Positions 37,867 through 47,130 of a stretch of DNA of 64,000 nt are shown here, piece by piece. Made by a program: the position numbers and the translations under genes. Source of the DNA: a bacterium (lineage in GTDB: Bacteria > UBP14 > UBA6098); NCBI GenBank assembly GCA_003645085.1, contig QNEE01000001.1:1282-65281 (forward strand), read 5' to 3'. Under the pieces are notes generated by a model. It saw only the letters and a list, made by a program, of their open reading frames with translations, did not search any database and was not told the origin of the DNA. Numbering within the stretch: the stretch's first letter is position 1; each line of letters begins with the position of its first letter.

Positions 37867-38628
37867 ATGAAATGTAAAATGCTGGTATTACCACTAATCA
37901 TTACCCTTGTATCGGCCTATAATGCGATGGTTTTCGCCGAGTCGCTCGATGCCGAGAGCATAGTCCGCAAGGTAGACAAGCTATACCGCCATGAATCGAG
38001 CTACGCTAAGATGGAAATGCAGATAACGACACCGCACTGGGAACGGACGCTCGAGATGGAGGCCTGGAGCGAAGGTTTGGACAAAACCTTCATCGTAATA
38101 AACTCCCCTGCGAAGGAAAAAGGCACCGCGACGCTCCGTATCGGCAACGAGATGTGGAATTACCTGCCGAAAACAGACAAGACTATGAAAATCCCGCCTT
38201 CGATGATGATGAGTTCGTGGATGGGCTCTGATTTTAATAACGACGACCTCGTTAAAGAATCCTCGATGTTCGAGGACTACACATACGAGTTTTTCACGCC
38301 GGATGTGGTCGAGGATAGCATCATCTACCTCGTGCTAATCCCGAAAGAGAACACACCGATTGTATGGGGCAAAATCGAGCTGGCCGTCCGCGAAAGCGAT
38401 TATCTCCCTGTCTGGCAGAAATTCTACGACGAGAAGGGCGACCTGATGCGCGTTATGAATTTTAAAGAGATAAAACAACTAGGCGGCAAAACAATCCCGA
38501 CCGTAATGGAGCTTATTCCTAAAAATAAGGAAGGCCACATAACGGTGATAAGATACCTCGATGCGAAATTCGATATAAAACTCGACGACGATACATTTAC
38601 CCTTAGAAACCTACAGAAAAAGAGGTGA
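37867..38628 (+). CDS. LolA-like outer-membrane lipoprotein-sorting protein family member (partner of the FtsX-type permease).
   Basis: Signal peptide. ~250 aa. Conserved adjacency to a MacB/FtsX-like permease gene. Sequence features of the LolA_like/DUF4292-type beta-half-barrel family (inferred, not a strong motif match). Confidence 0.55.
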   Translation: MKCKMLVLPLIITLVSAYNAMVFAESLDAESIVRKVDKLYRHESSYAKMEMQITTPHWERTLEMEAWSEGLDKTFIVINSPAKEKGTATLRIGNEMWNYLPKTDKTMKIPPSMMMSSWMGSDFNNDDLVKESSMFEDYTYEFFTPDVVEDSIIYLVLIPKENTPIVWGKIELAVRESDYLPVWQKFYDEKGDLMRVMNFKEIKQLGGKTIPTVMELIPKNKEGHITVIRYLDAKFDIKLDDDTFTLRNLQKKR

Positions 38629-38742
38629 TAAATTAATCGCCCCCACATCCTGCTGGGAATTGCATGGAAAAGGGCTGGCACGTGGGTCGGCACGCGCCGA
38701 CGGGCGGATGGTTTTTGCGCCCGGAATATAATGTTCCTAAAT

Positions 38743-38780
38743 CCTACCGGGCATAGCAAAAACCGTGACAGCCCGGTAGG
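38743..38780. repeat. Perfect 10-bp-stem inverted repeat (cctaccgggc…gcccggtagg, 18-nt loop) in the 203-bp spacer between the LolA-like and permease genes.
   Basis: Seen directly in the sequence. No T-run follows on the + strand, so it is not a canonical terminator. It could be an attenuator or a REP-like element. Confidence 0.5.
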
Positions 38781-38831
38781 AAACGCGCAAATAAAACTTA
38801 TACTTAATTTATACTTGTAACCATCAGAAAG

Positions 38832-40046
38832 ATGCTACTAAAAATAGCGTTCAGAAATATCCTCCGCCAGAAGCGCAGAAGCTTCTTCACAATCCTTTCG
38901 ATTGCCGTCGGGTTCGCGTTCGCCTCGATAATGATAGCCTGGCGAATGGGCTCGTTCAATCTGGTTATCGACAAATTCACCCGCGCGTATCTCGGGCATA
39001 TCCAGATACACGCCGACGATTACCTCGATAAACCCTCGCTCTATAAAAATATCTCGGACTATAAATCTCTCGGCGAAAAAATAATGTCCGTCGAAGGCGT
39101 CGAATCGTTGGCACCGAGGATGCTCGCCGCCGGTCTCGGCACTGTTGGCGAAAAAAGCACCGCAATCCAGATTACTGGCATCGACCCCGCGCTCGAAAAC
39201 AACGCCACAGGTTTCCAGAATAAAATCGAAAGCGGCGAAAACCTACCCGAAAAACCGTCGCATAAGGTAATTCTCGGCAAGGGCCTGATGCAAAACCTCG
39301 ACGCTGAAATCGGCGACGAGTTCGTTGTTGTGTCGCAGGCAGCCGATGGCTCGATAGCGAACGACATGTATGAAATCATCGGCGTCGTGGTAACTGGCAA
39401 CGAATACTCCGACCAAATCGGTGTATATATGCATCTTGCCGACGCGCAGGAGCTTATGGTTCTCGAAAACCGAATCCACGAAATCGTAGTCATCACAAAT
39501 GATATCCGCAAGGTCGATAAATACGCCGCGCGAATCGAAGAAAAACTCGCCAATCCCGCGCTCGAAATCCTCCCGTGGAAAAAGGTCAACGAGTCGTTCT
39601 ATAAGATGATAAAGGCCAAAGAGCAGGCACAGTCCATTATGCACATTGTCATTATGATAATCGTCGCAATCGGCGTGCTGAACACGGTGCTGATGTCCGT
39701 GTTGGAGCGAATCCGCGAATTCGGCGTGCTGAAAGCGGTCGGCACACGGGCCTCGCAGATTTTCAGGATGATTATCACCGAGGCCTTTATCCTTTGCCTC
39801 GTCGGAATCTTAATCGGTATCGCAATCGGCCTAGCGGTGAACTATCCGATGTCGCTGCACGGGATTAAAGTTTTCGATTCGATGGACATCGGCGGAGTTC
39901 AATTCGACACGCTGAAAAGCGAGGTCAACGCGAGAAGCATATACGAGCCCGCGATAATCGTGTTCTTGACCTCACTTATAGTCAGCATATACCCAGCACT
40001 CAAAGCGGCAAGAACCCGCCCGGCAAAAGCGATGCGTTTCCATTAG
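38832..40046 (+). CDS. ABC transporter permease, MacB/LolCE FtsX-domain type.
   Basis: MLLKIAFRNILRQKRRSFFTILSIAVGFAF N-terminal TM, large periplasmic domain, and three C-terminal TM helices with the FtsX signature (…LERIREFGVLKAVG…). No ATPase gene is adjacent. Confidence 0.85.
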   Translation: MLLKIAFRNILRQKRRSFFTILSIAVGFAFASIMIAWRMGSFNLVIDKFTRAYLGHIQIHADDYLDKPSLYKNISDYKSLGEKIMSVEGVESLAPRMLAAGLGTVGEKSTAIQITGIDPALENNATGFQNKIESGENLPEKPSHKVILGKGLMQNLDAEIGDEFVVVSQAADGSIANDMYEIIGVVVTGNEYSDQIGVYMHLADAQELMVLENRIHEIVVITNDIRKVDKYAARIEEKLANPALEILPWKKVNESFYKMIKAKEQAQSIMHIVIMIIVAIGVLNTVLMSVLERIREFGVLKAVGTRASQIFRMIITEAFILCLVGILIGIAIGLAVNYPMSLHGIKVFDSMDIGGVQFDTLKSEVNARSIYEPAIIVFLTSLIVSIYPALKAARTRPAKAMRFH

Positions 40047-40320
40047 GTAAAATGGTTTCACACTGGGAAAGGCGGACTACAGACCCACCGCTAAGCGATA
40101 TCAATCGACATCGGCTTGTCCTCATCGCTCTCCGCGCCATCGAATTAGCCCGGCATATTCGTAAGTTATTAAATAACAATGAAATATCCATTTCCACCCC
40201 GTAGCGGTTCGACGATAGCAAACCCGTCACGATGCCTCGGTCGCGGAAACTACGCCCTTACGGTTCGTTTCGCATTTGCATTTGTAGGGGTCGTTCGTGA
40301 GCGCCTCGGACGACTCTCTG

Positions 40321-40848
40321 CTACTTCAATCTTTCCAGCGGAACTGCGCATACCGATTTCCGGGCGCAACCTGCGCACATATCGCCGCACCAGATAAGCT
40401 CGAACAGCGAATCGACGCGGTCGATTATTATGTGGTTGTCGGTGATAATCCCGGCCTCGAAATTGCGCCGATTTTTCGATTTAGCGCCTATACCCGCACC
40501 GGTCAGGTTCGCCGAGCCGAGATAAAGCAGTCTGCCATCGGCGAGAATCGTTTTTTGGTGAACTCGCGGGCAGCGGCGCATCGAGAAATTGTTAATCGAC
40601 GCGAGTTTCGCGGTTTTTGCCTTTTTAAGGAACCATTCTGAGGGCACTCCCGAATGCAGGATTCGGACCGCGAGGCCGTTTTTCGCACGCCTTGCGAGGT
40701 AATCGACTATCGATTCGCCGCGTTTGCCGTGCAGGATTGTCAACGCTTTAACGGTTGCGGTGGCGATATCGAGGCGGCTTTTCGCGCCGGCGATTAAACG
40801 TTCGACAACTTCCGTATAGTGGCCGGCGTTTTCGACGAACTCGAGCAT
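40321..40848 (-). CDS. Phospholipase D superfamily single-HKD protein (Nuc-like endonuclease family candidate).
   Basis: HxKx4Dx6GSxN motif: HQKTILADGRLLYLGSANLT. 175 aa. No signal peptide. C-terminal Cys cluster CGDMCAGCARKSVC. Confidence 0.65.
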   Translation of the reverse strand: MLEFVENAGHYTEVVERLIAGAKSRLDIATATVKALTILHGKRGESIVDYLARRAKNGLAVRILHSGVPSEWFLKKAKTAKLASINNFSMRRCPRVHQKTILADGRLLYLGSANLTGAGIGAKSKNRRNFEAGIITDNHIIIDRVDSLFELIWCGDMCAGCARKSVCAVPLERLK

Positions 40849-41325
40849 TCAGTCGACTAAATAGAAGGTCGCGTTTTCGGTCTCGACCGGCGGCGACGAC
40901 AGAAGGAAGGCTTTAGCCTCGTATTTACCGAGAAAAATCCCTTTTTCAGAAATGCTCGTGCAATCCCAGACTGCGCGGAAACGTGCGGTATCGCCGGGTG
41001 CCAGCGTCGTGTGGGAAATAGTCTGTGCGCAGGCGATACCCTCGAGAGAATTCCAGATAGGATGGTCGTCCCGACTAACAACGAATCTCGATTTACAGGC
41101 GGTTGGAAATGTCAGTTCGATTGTTTTTTCAGAAAGGGAGGTGACGGTCATCAAAAACTCGATTTCGGAGCCGAGGACGTAAGCGGAATCGGATAGTATC
41201 AGGCTCGCGGCGATTTTGCGGTTTTCCGATTGCGCATTGTTGGCGGTTTTCGGTTTTTTCGAGGCGCAGGACATAAACAGCGCCGCTATTACTATGGTGG
41301 TCGAGATATTTTTCGCTATCTGCAT
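40849..41325 (-). CDS. Lipoprotein with BsuPI-like (intracellular proteinase inhibitor fold) beta-sandwich domain; hypothetical.
   Basis: Signal peptide plus lipobox (ALFMSC). Segment SEKTIELTFPTACKSRFVVSRDDHPIWNS…TLAPGDTARF resembles the BsuPI family pattern. Abuts the PLD gene with no gap. Confidence 0.45.
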   Translation of the reverse strand: MQIAKNISTTIVIAALFMSCASKKPKTANNAQSENRKIAASLILSDSAYVLGSEIEFLMTVTSLSEKTIELTFPTACKSRFVVSRDDHPIWNSLEGIACAQTISHTTLAPGDTARFRAVWDCTSISEKGIFLGKYEAKAFLLSSPPVETENATFYLVD

Positions 41326-41354
41326 TTTACGAGAATCACCTGTATAGATGGGAC

Positions 41355-41807
41355 TTACGACTCGTTTTTCTTGAGAGTATCGATAAAATCGCCGGCGTTT
41401 TTCGATTTGAGAATCTCCTCGCGCGTGACAGGATTGTTCAGGATTCTCGAAAGTTCTGATAGGATATGAACGTGGTCGCCCGAGCCGTTTTTGGGAGATA
41501 TCAGCAAGAAGAAAATCCGCGCCGGTTTGCCATCGACAGAATCGAACTCGATACCATCAGGAGAGAGCCCCGCGACCATTTTCGGCGAACTGATATCGTC
41601 CATCTTGGCATGCGGGATAGCGATACCGTAACCGACGCCTGTGCTCAGTATCTCCTCGCGTTCGAGAACGGCCGCGAGGATTTCATTTTTGATACGAAGG
41701 TTGTAGACCTCGCAGAGCAAATCCACAAGTTCGGTAATAACCGATGGTTTGTTTTCGGATTCGAGCGGTATTTTAACGCCCCTTCGGGGCAAGTAATTGG
41801 TAAACAT
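41355..41807 (-). CDS. ptsN: PTS EIIA-Ntr (nitrogen regulatory IIA).
   Basis: …ILSTGVGYGIAIPHAKMD… PTS_EIIA_2 active-site His region. 150 aa. Confidence 0.85.
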   Translation of the reverse strand: MFTNYLPRRGVKIPLESENKPSVITELVDLLCEVYNLRIKNEILAAVLEREEILSTGVGYGIAIPHAKMDDISSPKMVAGLSPDGIEFDSVDGKPARIFFLLISPKNGSGDHVHILSELSRILNNPVTREEILKSKNAGDFIDTLKKNES

Positions 41808-41979
41808 CCTTTTCCTTCGCTATAGAAATTTCAGGCAGCTAAATTACCTACGGAGTCTAGGAATGTCAAGATTTTCTTTCCTCTTTATGTAATATTAATA
41901 AAACCGATTTCGGGGAATTATTTAGATTTTCCAGATATACCGTTGACTTTGAGTTATAATTTCCGTATTTTTCCAAGAA

Positions 41980-42420
41980 ATGGAAGACAGAATGCTCGAC
42001 ATTGTGGTAATTCTCGCCGAGAGGTTCCGTCGGGACCGGAAGCTTTTCTCGAATCCGAAAAGTATCCGGGACGAGCTTATAGAAAGAGGATATATGCCGG
42101 AGGATATCGACCGAGCGATTCAATGGGCATCGAATAGCCTCGAATACCCGGTCGGCAATTCTACCAGGATTCTATCCGCTTACGAACGCTCGCAGTTTAC
42201 TTCCGACGGTTGCGGATTGCTCCTTAAGCTCAGAAATCTGGGGCTTTTGAACGACGAGCACCTGGAGCTTATTATCGCCAGGTCCATATTGATGGACGAA
42301 GGCCCGATTGACGCCGAGGGTATTCGCTCGATGGCTATGATTTTCCTTTTCGATTTGAAGAATCACGAGAGCGGATTTCCTATCTATCTTGATTCCGGCG
42401 GCGGCGACATCGAGAACTGA
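41980..42420 (+). CDS. smg: Smg family protein (DUF494).
   Basis: LDIVVILAERF…DELIERGYMPEDIDRAIQW matches the Smg N-terminal pattern (VLMYLFE…AGFEREDIYNALLWL). Confidence 0.7.
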   Translation: MEDRMLDIVVILAERFRRDRKLFSNPKSIRDELIERGYMPEDIDRAIQWASNSLEYPVGNSTRILSAYERSQFTSDGCGLLLKLRNLGLLNDEHLELIIARSILMDEGPIDAEGIRSMAMIFLFDLKNHESGFPIYLDSGGGDIEN

Positions 42421-42444
42421 CCGGTCAATAACCAGTGGGATAAT

Positions 42445-43224
42445 ATGTATAGAAGGTATAGATGGAGTATGGACGGATACGGCAGGACTCCTGTCGGCAA
42501 GGGCGTAATCGGTCTAATTGTCGCATCCGGGATTTGTTTTTTGATGCAAATGGCTTCTCGGCACCTTATCGACGTTTTCGTCCTCGACCCGTCGAGAGCG
42601 CTGCCGGAACTCAAGCTTTACCAATTGGTTACCTATATGTTCCTTCACGGCGGCTTCTTTCACCTTTTTATTAATCTATTCGTCCTGTATATGTTTGGTC
42701 GGGAACTCGAAGGTTTATGGGGAACCAGCAGGTTCTTATTCTACTATTTTGTCAGCGGCATCGGCGCGGGTCTTGTTACCGCACTACTTTCGCGCTATCC
42801 GGTTGTCGGTGCAAGCGGAGCCATTTATGGATTACTTTTGGCTTACGGCGTCCTGTTCCCGAACCGGACAATTTTACTCTGGTTTTTCATCCCGATGAAA
42901 GCGAAATATCTGGTAATTCTATTCGCGGTTCTGGAGTTTTTCGCGAGTATGGGTGGTGGGGGCGACGGTATCTCGCATATTACTCACCTTGGCGGTATGG
43001 TTTTCGGCGGAGCATTGCTCGCTATCTGGCATCTCGGGGGGACACTCAAGAGAAAACGCAGGATGTCCGTTATTCACGACCTAACCGGCGGACCCGCAAG
43101 CCCCGCGAATGTCGACCGTATTCTGGACAAGGTTTTGCGCGAGGGCGTCGAATCGCTGACCGAGGACGAAAAACGAATACTTATCCGAGCGGGAAAATTC
43201 TACCAGCGGGATACGCGCAACTAA
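42445..43224 (+). CDS. Rhomboid-family intramembrane serine protease.
   Basis: GASGAIYGLL (catalytic Ser), HLGGMVFG (catalytic His), multiple TM helices. Confidence 0.85.
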   Translation: MYRRYRWSMDGYGRTPVGKGVIGLIVASGICFLMQMASRHLIDVFVLDPSRALPELKLYQLVTYMFLHGGFFHLFINLFVLYMFGRELEGLWGTSRFLFYYFVSGIGAGLVTALLSRYPVVGASGAIYGLLLAYGVLFPNRTILLWFFIPMKAKYLVILFAVLEFFASMGGGGDGISHITHLGGMVFGGALLAIWHLGGTLKRKRRMSVIHDLTGGPASPANVDRILDKVLREGVESLTEDEKRILIRAGKFYQRDTRN

Positions 43225-43228
43225 CCAG

Positions 43229-44341
43229 ATGAAAAGCGACGTCCTCTATCTCCCACAACGTGGCCAACATAGCGAAATGGCGGCCTCTCTCGGCGAATTA
43301 CTTAAAAATATCGAACTACCCTGGGCGAAAAAGAAATCCCGCATCGGAATAAAACTACATTGGGGCGAACCCGGCAATAAGACCTTCCTCCCGCCGGATT
43401 ACGCACGCGCAGTCGCCGGGGATATACTACGCCGTGGCGCGAAACCTTTTATTTTCGATACTACAACCCTATATCGCGGCGAACGAAAAAACGCGATAGA
43501 TTCGCTTTGGGTCGCGCATAAGCACGGTTTCGATTACGGCACCACCGGCGCGCCGGTTCTTGTCGCGGACGGCGTCTCTAAGAGGGATACGATAGTAATC
43601 CCTGTTCCCGGAAATCCAATCCACCAGAAAACGGTGAAGGTTGCTTCACTTGTGGATTATATCGACGGGATAATCACGCTATCGCATTTTAAGGGGCATA
43701 TAGCTTCGGGTTTCGGCGGCGTAATCAAAAACATCTCGATGGGTTTCGCATCGAGCGCGACCAAACAGGTGATGCACGGCGATGTGAAGCCGGAACTCGA
43801 GCCGGAGAAATGCGATTTATGCGGGACCTGCGCTGAATTCTGTCCGGAAGGCGCGATAACTTTAAGCGATAAACTCCCGATAATAGACCTCGATGCCTGT
43901 ATCGGTTGCGGCGAATGTATCGCTATGTGTCCGACCTGTGCGTTGCGAATTCAGTGGAATGCGAGACCGCAGGCGTTTGTCGAAAAACTCGCCGAGACCG
44001 CCGCCGCAGTCTGCGAACGTACGAGTGGGCGAATGTTGCATATAATAGTGCTGGCGAATATAACCCGCGAATGCGACTGTATGCCCAAAAAGATGGAGCC
44101 GTTAGTTCCCAACCTCGGGGTATTGGTTGGTGCCGACCCGATAGCGCTCGACAGCGCGGCCTGCGACCTTTTTAACGGCGCGAAACCGTTTCCCGGCTCG
44201 GGTATTATGTTGGGCGCGGAAGATAAGCTCGAAGTCCTTTTCCCGGAAATCCCCTATCGCCGCCAGCTCGAATACGGTGTGGAATTGGGGATGGGTTCGG
44301 TGGAATATAATTTAATAAGAATTGGGAATAGGCGTGAATAG
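43229..44341 (+). CDS. DUF362 domain protein with two 4Fe-4S ferredoxin motifs.
   Basis: Two cysteine clusters: CDLCGTCAEFCP and CIGCGECIAMCP. DUF362-type N-terminal region. Confidence 0.75.
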   Translation: MKSDVLYLPQRGQHSEMAASLGELLKNIELPWAKKKSRIGIKLHWGEPGNKTFLPPDYARAVAGDILRRGAKPFIFDTTTLYRGERKNAIDSLWVAHKHGFDYGTTGAPVLVADGVSKRDTIVIPVPGNPIHQKTVKVASLVDYIDGIITLSHFKGHIASGFGGVIKNISMGFASSATKQVMHGDVKPELEPEKCDLCGTCAEFCPEGAITLSDKLPIIDLDACIGCGECIAMCPTCALRIQWNARPQAFVEKLAETAAAVCERTSGRMLHIIVLANITRECDCMPKKMEPLVPNLGVLVGADPIALDSAACDLFNGAKPFPGSGIMLGAEDKLEVLFPEIPYRRQLEYGVELGMGSVEYNLIRIGNRRE

Positions 44342-44365
44342 CGGGGTTTTCCCCGTGCTTTTCTC
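44342..44365 (+). terminator. Rho-independent terminator after the DUF362 gene.
   Basis: cggggttttccccg hairpin followed by tgcttttctcc. Confidence 0.6.
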
Positions 44366-44634
44366 CTCGTAAAAAGGGCTTCCTAAAGCGGAAGATGTTG
44401 CTTCTAAAATACTTTTCCGAGATTTCAAATTTCACCCCCTAAAAACTATATTGGACATACTAAAACCCGCCGGCCGTGGCGTTTTATGCTGTGAGTAGTG
44501 CGCCGGGAGTTGTGAGTCCCGCGCCACACTCTCCGCTCTTTGCTATTTTATATAGAGACATTCGTGCTTTTTTACCGTCTTTGTATCCTTCGCGTTAGAG
44601 AGCTATCTCGCTGCATAGGATACAGAATATCGTC

Positions 44635-45996
44635 TCAATCGAGTTTTTCCCTACGAAAAATCCGCGCCACTTTCCGCCACATACGTGCAACCGCACCGAC
44701 GGTTTTGAAATGGCTCGACCAGATTGTGCGATAAAGCGTCCCGCCGCCGATAGCGACCATCACGAAATTCGGTAACCACATAGCCAGCCAGGGTGCGATA
44801 AAACCGCGGTCGGCGAGTTCCTCACCTCCTATTAAAAACGCCCAGTAGATTACGATAAAACCGAGACCGAGGCCGATGCCGACGCCGAGACCACCTTTGC
44901 GCGCCCAAACCCCCACCGGTGCGCCTACCAACAAGAAGAAAACGCATGCGAAAGGTAATGTTATCTTTTTATGGATTTCGACGCTATATTTGCGAATATA
45001 ACGACGGTGTGCTTTGACTGTATTCATCTGGCTTTTTATTGCGTGGAGTGTCGATTCGACACGTTTTCGAATCGAGCGGTATATCATAGACGGGTCGGAC
45101 GGAGTGTTTTTTCCGGACGGGATAAACGCGGCGCGAAAGGCTTTGTCCGAAAACTCCACGATATTATCCATCGAGCGCGCGATTGCTGAATCTTTCGCGG
45201 CGATTCTCTCTTTCATATCCTCGATTGTGAGTTCGCGGTCGCCGCGATGGCCGCTGTCGCGTCTCTGGAGCTTAAAGCCCAGGTCGCTGAACCGGATGGT
45301 CTGCCTGTCGAAATTTACCCGTGTGTGTTTGCTGGGGTCCTGCTCGTCGATTTCGTGGATAACGCCGTCGTAAAGCTCGAGAATCAGCACATCGCTATTT
45401 TCGGAATAACTCATCTTGCCATATTCGGCCTGCACGATTCTCGGGATACGGCGGTCCTGCTGGTCGTAAATAGTTATTCCCCGGAGTTCGTTCGTTTTCT
45501 CTTCGACTTCTTCGATATAGAGGCCGACGCCCGGGAAATCGTCGATAAAAACCCTTTCTTTAATCGCGAGCGCCGGTTTTTTTCGTTTAATATCCCCCAT
45601 CAGCATCTTTGCCTCGTAGTTGGCTTCAGGGAGAACGGAATTAGAAAAGAAAATCATAAAAACGGATAGGATAAGCGCGACCCCGAGCGGAAGAAACATC
45701 AGGCGAACGAGCGGTATTCCCGAGCTGACCGCGGCGATAATCTCGCGGTCTTCGGCGAGCCTCCCAAAGGCCATCAATCCGGCGATTAGGCAGGTCATCG
45801 GCACCGCGAGAGCGAGCATCCACGCGAGGTTTAACGAAAATAATTTCAAAACGATAAGCGGTTCTACACCTTTGGCGATAATCAGGTTCAGAATATCGAG
45901 GATAAAGTCCATAACCAGAACGAACATAATTATCGCCAACCCGCCGATAAACGGCATCAGGTGCTCGCGAAGGATGTATTTAGAGAGTATTTTCAC
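44635..45996 (-). CDS. LPS export ABC transporter permease LptF/LptG (YjgP/YjgQ family).
   Basis: MKILSKYILREHLMPFIGGLAIIMFVLV…; six-TM topology with a periplasmic insert. Confidence 0.85.
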   Translation of the reverse strand: MKILSKYILREHLMPFIGGLAIIMFVLVMDFILDILNLIIAKGVEPLIVLKLFSLNLAWMLALAVPMTCLIAGLMAFGRLAEDREIIAAVSSGIPLVRLMFLPLGVALILSVFMIFFSNSVLPEANYEAKMLMGDIKRKKPALAIKERVFIDDFPGVGLYIEEVEEKTNELRGITIYDQQDRRIPRIVQAEYGKMSYSENSDVLILELYDGVIHEIDEQDPSKHTRVNFDRQTIRFSDLGFKLQRRDSGHRGDRELTIEDMKERIAAKDSAIARSMDNIVEFSDKAFRAAFIPSGKNTPSDPSMIYRSIRKRVESTLHAIKSQMNTVKAHRRYIRKYSVEIHKKITLPFACVFFLLVGAPVGVWARKGGLGVGIGLGLGFIVIYWAFLIGGEELADRGFIAPWLAMWLPNFVMVAIGGGTLYRTIWSSHFKTVGAVARMWRKVARIFRREKLD

Positions 45997-46023
45997 CAGA
46001 ATGAGGGCAGTTACGTTCGGTTC

Positions 46024-46656
46024 CTAAGTGCATAATTCTTTGACGCCGCTAAACGTTTTGCGATGTATCGGGCAGGGGCCGAGGGTTCTGATAGCTTCTT
46101 TATGCTTCCGGGTCGGATAGCCGGAATTTTGAGAAAAGCCGTAACCCGGGTAGTGAGTATCGAAATATGTCATCAGGTTATCTCGCGAAACCTTCGCCAC
46201 AATACTAGCCGCCGATATCGCAAGGTGCTTGCCATCCCCGCCGATTATGGTTTTTTGAGGGATTTTCGTAAATGGAATCCGCCGATTGCCGTCGATTAAA
46301 AGCATCTGCGGTTTCGTTTCGAGCGAGGATGCCGCTCGCGCCATAGCGAGAAGCGAGGCGTTCAAGATGTTGATTCTGTCGATTTCGGACGGTGTTACCC
46401 ACCCTACAGAAACGGCCACGGCTTTCGTTAGTATATAATCGAAAAGCTCCCGCCTTAATTTATTATGCAGGAGCTTCGAGTCGTTTATATATTCGGGGAC
46501 TTCCTTATAATCCCATATAACCGCGGCGGCCACTACGGGGCCCGCGAGCGGTCCGCGTCCCGCTTCATCCACCCCGGCGAATCTATAACCTTTGCGAAGA
46601 AGCTCTTTTTCCAGGTTAGAAAAGCCAACGCCGATTAGCCTCCGTGGTGAAGCCAT
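46024..46656 (-). CDS. rnhB: Ribonuclease HII.
   Basis: GVDEAGRGPLAGPVVAAAV motif. Directly downstream of rplS. Confidence 0.9.
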   Translation of the reverse strand: MASPRRLIGVGFSNLEKELLRKGYRFAGVDEAGRGPLAGPVVAAAVIWDYKEVPEYINDSKLLHNKLRRELFDYILTKAVAVSVGWVTPSEIDRINILNASLLAMARAASSLETKPQMLLIDGNRRIPFTKIPQKTIIGGDGKHLAISAASIVAKVSRDNLMTYFDTHYPGYGFSQNSGYPTRKHKEAIRTLGPCPIHRKTFSGVKELCT

Positions 46657-46657
46657 C

Positions 46658-47011
46658 TCACTTTTTTGCTCTCTTTTCTTTAACTTTAGCGGCCTTGCCC
46701 TTTTTCTTGCGGAGATAATATAGTTTAGCTCTACGGACCTTACCGTGCTTAATAATCTCTATTTTCGTAACGTTAGGCGAATGGATAGGAAAAACTCTTT
46801 CGACACCGACTCCGCCGGAGACCTTGCGAACGGTCATCGTCTCGGTCGAGCCGCTGCCTTTCCGGCTGAGGACTATCCCCTGAAAAGCTTGGACACGTTC
46901 CTTGTCCCCTTCTTTAATGCGAACATGGACCTTAACCGTGTCGCCCGGACCAAACTCGGGCAATTCCTTAATTTGCGATGCGGTTACGTTTCTGATTATT
47001 GCGTCGGACAT
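46658..47011 (-). CDS. rplS: 50S ribosomal protein L19.
   Basis: [52 protein letters not shown]…. Confidence 0.95.
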   Translation of the reverse strand: MSDAIIRNVTASQIKELPEFGPGDTVKVHVRIKEGDKERVQAFQGIVLSRKGSGSTETMTVRKVSGGVGVERVFPIHSPNVTKIEIIKHGKVRRAKLYYLRKKKGKAAKVKEKRAKK

Positions 47012-47067
47012 TTTAATCTCCTCCTCCTATGATAAAAGCCTACTTTTCTTTATTCTAGATTTTATTC

Positions 47068-47111
47068 CAACGTCTAAGCTCACCTGCCGTTATAGAGCGC
47101 CAGCGGAATAG
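47068..47111 (-). repeat. 44-bp repeat copy B (caacgtctaagctcacctgccgttatagagcgccagcggaatag), the inverted copy of A. It lies 20 bp downstream of the beta-class MTase stop codon on the minus strand.
   Basis: 40/44 identical to the reverse complement of 37789-37832. Same position and orientation relative to its MTase as copy A. Confidence 0.8.
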
Positions 47112-47130
47112 CAGTCAGGTGGGGCGTTTA

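Noticed and set aside
41808-41979. TTGACT…TATAAT-like hexamers between ptsN and smg as a sigma70 promoter.
   Set aside because: The spacing between the hexamers is only ~6 nt, not 16-18. It is probably a chance match in an AT-rich divergent region.
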